Assembly: GCA_963833985.1 (NCBI GenBank)
Contig: CAWIAD010000001.1
Span: 3,200,001 to 3,264,000, forward strand
DNA length: 64,000 nt
Source of the DNA: an uncultured Planctomycetaceae bacterium
GTDB taxonomy: Bacteria; Planctomycetota; Planctomycetia; Isosphaerales; Isosphaeraceae
Reading direction: 5' to 3'
Shown here: positions 62,301-64,000 of the stretch, in pieces
Numbering within the stretch: position 1 is the first letter of the stretch
Layout: each line of letters starts with the position of its first letter
Made by a program: the position numbers and the translations under genes
Notes under the pieces: generated by a model
The model's input: the letters and a program-made list of their open reading frames with translations, nothing else
Database searches by the model: none
Told to the model about the DNA's origin: nothing

Positions 62301-64000
62301 AGCACGCCCGGCCGCTCGCCAACCGCACGGTCCAGGTTCAACTTTACCCCGGCATGAAGCTTCGTGCCCCCGCGAAATTCCGGCTGGAGATGCGGACCGA
62401 CTCCAAGGGCCGGTACCTCTTTTCCGGAATTGTGGTCGGCGGCGGCTGCGAGTTGACGGCTTATGAACCGGACCTGCATGCCCCGTATGGACCCGGATAC
62501 GTCAACAAGTCTTCGTTCGCGATCAAGACGCCGGAACGGCTGGTCCAGCCCGATATCGTGCTGCCAGTGGAGGAGAAAGGCGGGGACCCCGAACCGGGAC
62601 CTCAAGGCGCCCGGCCGCGATCCGTTCCCAGCGGCCCGACCCGCTCAGAGATCGCGGACCTGATCCGGGCGATCGGCCGCGACCCGGTTTCCGCCGAGCT
62701 CGCGGGCCGGATCGCGGCGCTCTTTCATCCCCGCGTCCTCTGGACCGTCGACTTCGCGCGGATGAAGCAGTTGGCGACCGATCCCGCGGCCGTGCGGCAG
62801 CTCGACGGACTGGCACAGCAGGTTCAGGGCAAGCCGCTCGACACCATCTCCCTCGTTCACATGGCAATGCGTGATCACGCTGGTTACGACGAGGCGATGA
62901 TGACGTGGATGTTACGGGAGTGGGTCGGCATGGAGAAGCAGCCGGTCGTGGCAATTCGGGGAACCGTGGTGGATGCCGAGAACCGCCAGCCGATCCCATT
63001 TCCACGCGTCTTCTCGGGTGATCGCAGTGCGGTGGCTGATCAGAATGGTCGCTTCCAGATCCCGGTGCGCATGAACGCCCTGGCCGACGGCGTTGCTCTC
63101 TGGATCGATGCCGAGGGCCACGCGTCGGGGCAGTACCTGGCGCGGCAGGCCGATGGGCTGACAATTCCTCTCCGCCGCGACGTTCCGTTCTTCGGCAAGG
63201 TCGTGGATCAGGTCGGCGCGCCGGTGGAAGGTGCCGAGGTCCGCGCGAGCGTGGCTGGAGCGCTCATGGTCCTGGGTGATACGAAGCCCGAGGAGTTCCG
63301 TCATGGCAGCCACGGCATCTTCCAGGTCCGCACTGACCGCGAAGGCCGGTTCTCGTTCCTGGGTGTGCCGGAGATTGATTCACCTGCGGCGCGGGCTCGA
63401 AACCTGGAAGAGGATCTCCTCCGGACTCTCGCCAGGGATCATGAATTCAACAATCCGCGCTGGCCCTTCACGATCAAGGTCAGGGACGTGGCTGGAAAGA
63501 CCTTGAGCGACCTCACCCTGTCCATTCGGGCTAAGGGCACGTCCGATCCAAACGATCTCAGTGCAATAGTCAATGCCAGGCGCGGCGTGATTGACGTCGA
63601 CTCGTCGAAAAGGATGATCCAGTTCGGGCTCGATGACGCCGAGATACAGGCCTTCAAACCAGGTGTAATCGACCGCGACCAGGAAAAGGACTCGATGGGG
63701 ATTGACCTCATCGGCGACGTGAAGTTGCAGACGCACGGCGATCGCACACACGTGAACGCTGACCAGGTGGAGATTCCCTTGCCGGCAGACTGGAATATCG
63801 AGCCCGTCAAACTCCCGGTCCATCTGGAAGTGAGCCATCCCCGTTTCCAGACCGCGAGCGTCTCCGCCACAGCCCCTACCAGCGCCGACGCCGCACCGCT
63901 CATCCGGCTGGAACCGGGAGCGGCCATCACGGCCCAGGTCTTCGACGAGAAGAACCATCCCGTGGACGATGCCATGGTCCAGGTGCGCGATTTCGAGCGT
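59320..64000 (+). CDS. BlaR1-type M56 metallopeptidase with a long array of carboxypeptidase-regulatory-like (Ig-like) domains; frameshift at about 61640; runs off the window
   Basis: HHAIW, LVHESAHILRRD, WPHPL and AREEVCD motifs; repeated GxVVD..GxPV..A.V / TDxxGRF units; the frame after 61640 (SLTNVVPRREGETVELADHRLVRG...) stays open to 64000. Confidence 0.9.

Overview
This is a GC-rich bacterial window, almost certainly from a planctomycete (Isosphaeraceae-like). The evidence is three proteins with the planctomycete R-rich...LExRxLLS export signal, a eukaryote-like Ser/Thr kinase-TPR gene, a BlaI/M56 pair and an SHC-like CxxCH protein. It is mostly housekeeping and accessory genes: an osmo/stress group (GlsB-type protein, CPA2 antiporter, otsA-otsB, cardiolipin synthase), HAD, NUDIX, aminotransferase, CDF, ABC ATPase, MazG-like, GT2, rhomboid, metK, galK, lnt and phoU. 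No rRNA, tRNA, CRISPR array or transposase was seen. Four things stand out. (1) At 6.8-12.8 kb, a DUF6065-JmjC fusion oxygenase and a sulfotransferase flank an exported DUF4214-like protein ending in a bare (Pro-Thr)22 tail, next to a second exported protein; this is a candidate surface-protein modification system. (2) At 34.7-36.5 kb, a compositionally distinct two-gene module pairs a small toxin-like protein with an IrrE/ImmA-like protein that has lost its HExxH motif, next to a kinase remnant; this is a candidate TA/anti-phage system. (3) An LptF/G-like domain appears to be inserted in the giant BlaR1-type sensor. (4) About ten single frameshifts all sit at or beside GCGC, and one amber codon sits in a CCWGG context, pointing to methylation-linked sequencing errors rather than true pseudogenes. 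All family calls come from motif recognition by eye; no database searches were run.
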